Assembly (NCBI GenBank): GCA_002009975.1
Contig: MTLP01000042.1
Span: 1-64,000, forward strand
Source: Thermococcus sp. JdFR-02
Lineage (GTDB): Archaea > Methanobacteriota_B > Thermococci > Thermococcales > Thermococcaceae
Length of the DNA stretch: 64,000 nt
Direction: 5' to 3'
A program made the translations under genes and the position numbers. The stretch's first letter is position 1; every line of letters starts with the position of its first letter. The notes beneath the pieces were generated by a model. It had not been told where the DNA came from and ran no database searches. It saw nothing but the letters and a program-made list of their open reading frames with translations. Below, in pieces: positions 62,836 to 64,000 of this stretch.

Positions 62836-63243
62836 TTAATTTCTAACAACTACGATATCCTCAAGAGTTTTTAGTCCGCTTTTCTTTACTGTCTCTTCAA
62901 TTTTTGTCTCAATTTCTTTCTCGGGCTTTAAAACTAAGACCTCTATCTGAGAGTAGCCAAGTTTTTTTAGAGCAAATGCCCTATGATGACCATCTAAAAT
63001 GTAGTATCGTCCTTTGTGAGATAAAACGATTACTGGTGCATCATAGCCGTGTTTAATCTCTTGCAAGACAACAAGGAGTTTTGTCTCATTTAATTCTCTT
63101 TGTGTAGGTATTAACACATCAATTGGAAGAAATTTTTGCTCTATTTCAAATTTAACGTTATATATTGCCTCGTTTATCCTCTTAAGCTTCTCTGCTCTTC
63201 TAAATGCGTCTTCTCTTGAAATTACACTTATCTTTTCGTTCAT
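62836..63243 (-). CDS. ParB/Sulfiredoxin-like domain protein
   Basis: LIPTQ and YYILDGHHRA motifs. Confidence 0.85.
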   Translation of the reverse strand: MNEKISVISREDAFRRAEKLKRINEAIYNVKFEIEQKFLPIDVLIPTQRELNETKLLVVLQEIKHGYDAPVIVLSHKGRYYILDGHHRAFALKKLGYSQIEVLVLKPEKEIETKIEETVKKSGLKTLEDIVVVRN

Positions 63244-63917
63244 TCTTTAACCCCTCTTACTACTATAAATGCCCCCAACGATTTTAGCTCAGCATTGAAT
63301 CTCTTATCCATATCTTCAGCCAAGCTTAGAAAAGGTAAGAAAGATGGAAAGAATATAACACCTCTACTTTCAATTTCCTTAAATCCAGATTTACTCAAGA
63401 GTTTCTCAAGTTCCCTAGGTGTATAAAAGCGTGCATATCTATAGGCTGTTTCAAAAAATATGCTCTTCAAACGCTTAAAAATAAACCAAAGACTCCTTCC
63501 GTTCATAGTACCAATAATAACTTCACCATTTGGCTTTAGAACTCTATGAATCTCACTTACTACTTTTTCAGGCTCTTTTAGGAATTCGAACATTGTAATG
63601 CTCATAACCAAATCAAAAGTGTTATCTTTAAATGGTAGATTATAGGCATCTGCCCTAAGAAAAGGTACATTGGGAAGCTTTTGCTTTGCAATTTTAAGCA
63701 TTTCAAGGCTTAAATCAGCGCCTATAACTTTAAATCCTCTTTTGTATAATTCAAGAGTATAATTTCCAGTCCCACAACCCAAATCCAAAGCTAAGCCCTT
63801 TTTAGACTTTAAGAGAGAAAAAATTAACCTCTTCTCTGTTCTGTCAACATATTGTCCAACCTTTGTTTGATACCACGCATCATAACGATGGGCTATTTTA
63901 TCAAAGTATTCTGCCAT
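63240..63917 (-). CDS. Class I SAM-dependent methyltransferase (UbiE-like)
   Basis: ALDLGCGTG, LPFKDNTFD and RVLKPNG motifs. Confidence 0.9.
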   Translation of the reverse strand: MAEYFDKIAHRYDAWYQTKVGQYVDRTEKRLIFSLLKSKKGLALDLGCGTGNYTLELYKRGFKVIGADLSLEMLKIAKQKLPNVPFLRADAYNLPFKDNTFDLVMSITMFEFLKEPEKVVSEIHRVLKPNGEVIIGTMNGRSLWFIFKRLKSIFFETAYRYARFYTPRELEKLLSKSGFKEIESRGVIFFPSFLPFLSLAEDMDKRFNAELKSLGAFIVVRGVKE

Positions 63918-64000
63918 TTTATATCCCGAGCTTACTCTCTATTGTTAGTGGTTTATCAATCCTGTCGTCGATTCTGATACTTATTACTACCCTTTTCACA

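Overview
Chromosomal window from a low-GC Thermococcales archaeon (markers: TIP PCNA inhibitor, CGP-CTERM sorting tails, TET aminopeptidase, AglB, TGM motifs). Most of it is housekeeping: truD, pth2, aspS, acdB, hjc, pelota, pheST, truA, map, trkH, rpoL, csl4, glmS, aglB. It starts at the edge of an integrated element, where an integrase N-fragment reads into tRNA-Val(GAC). The main find is an accessory island at about 15.7-25.9 kb. A ~1290-codon secreted protein (lamin-tail, CARDB and DxDxDG modules, C-terminal CLCA-like HExxH..DEY zinc-protease domain, one in-frame TAG) is followed by three orphan alternative C-termini. All four C-termini end in the same GPY(T/I)G(V/I)G(Y/Q) motif, and the first three are each followed by divergent membrane-anchored partner genes. 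This is the layout of a polymorphic toxin/immunity cassette array, here built on an extracellular metalloprotease. Features missing from the ORF track include a 28-aa RiPP/pheromone-like peptide gene ahead of an ABC exporter, a C/D box sRNA, a 42-aa sORF, TGM sites and a tandem palindromic operator. All protein family calls come from motif recognition by eye, not database searches.
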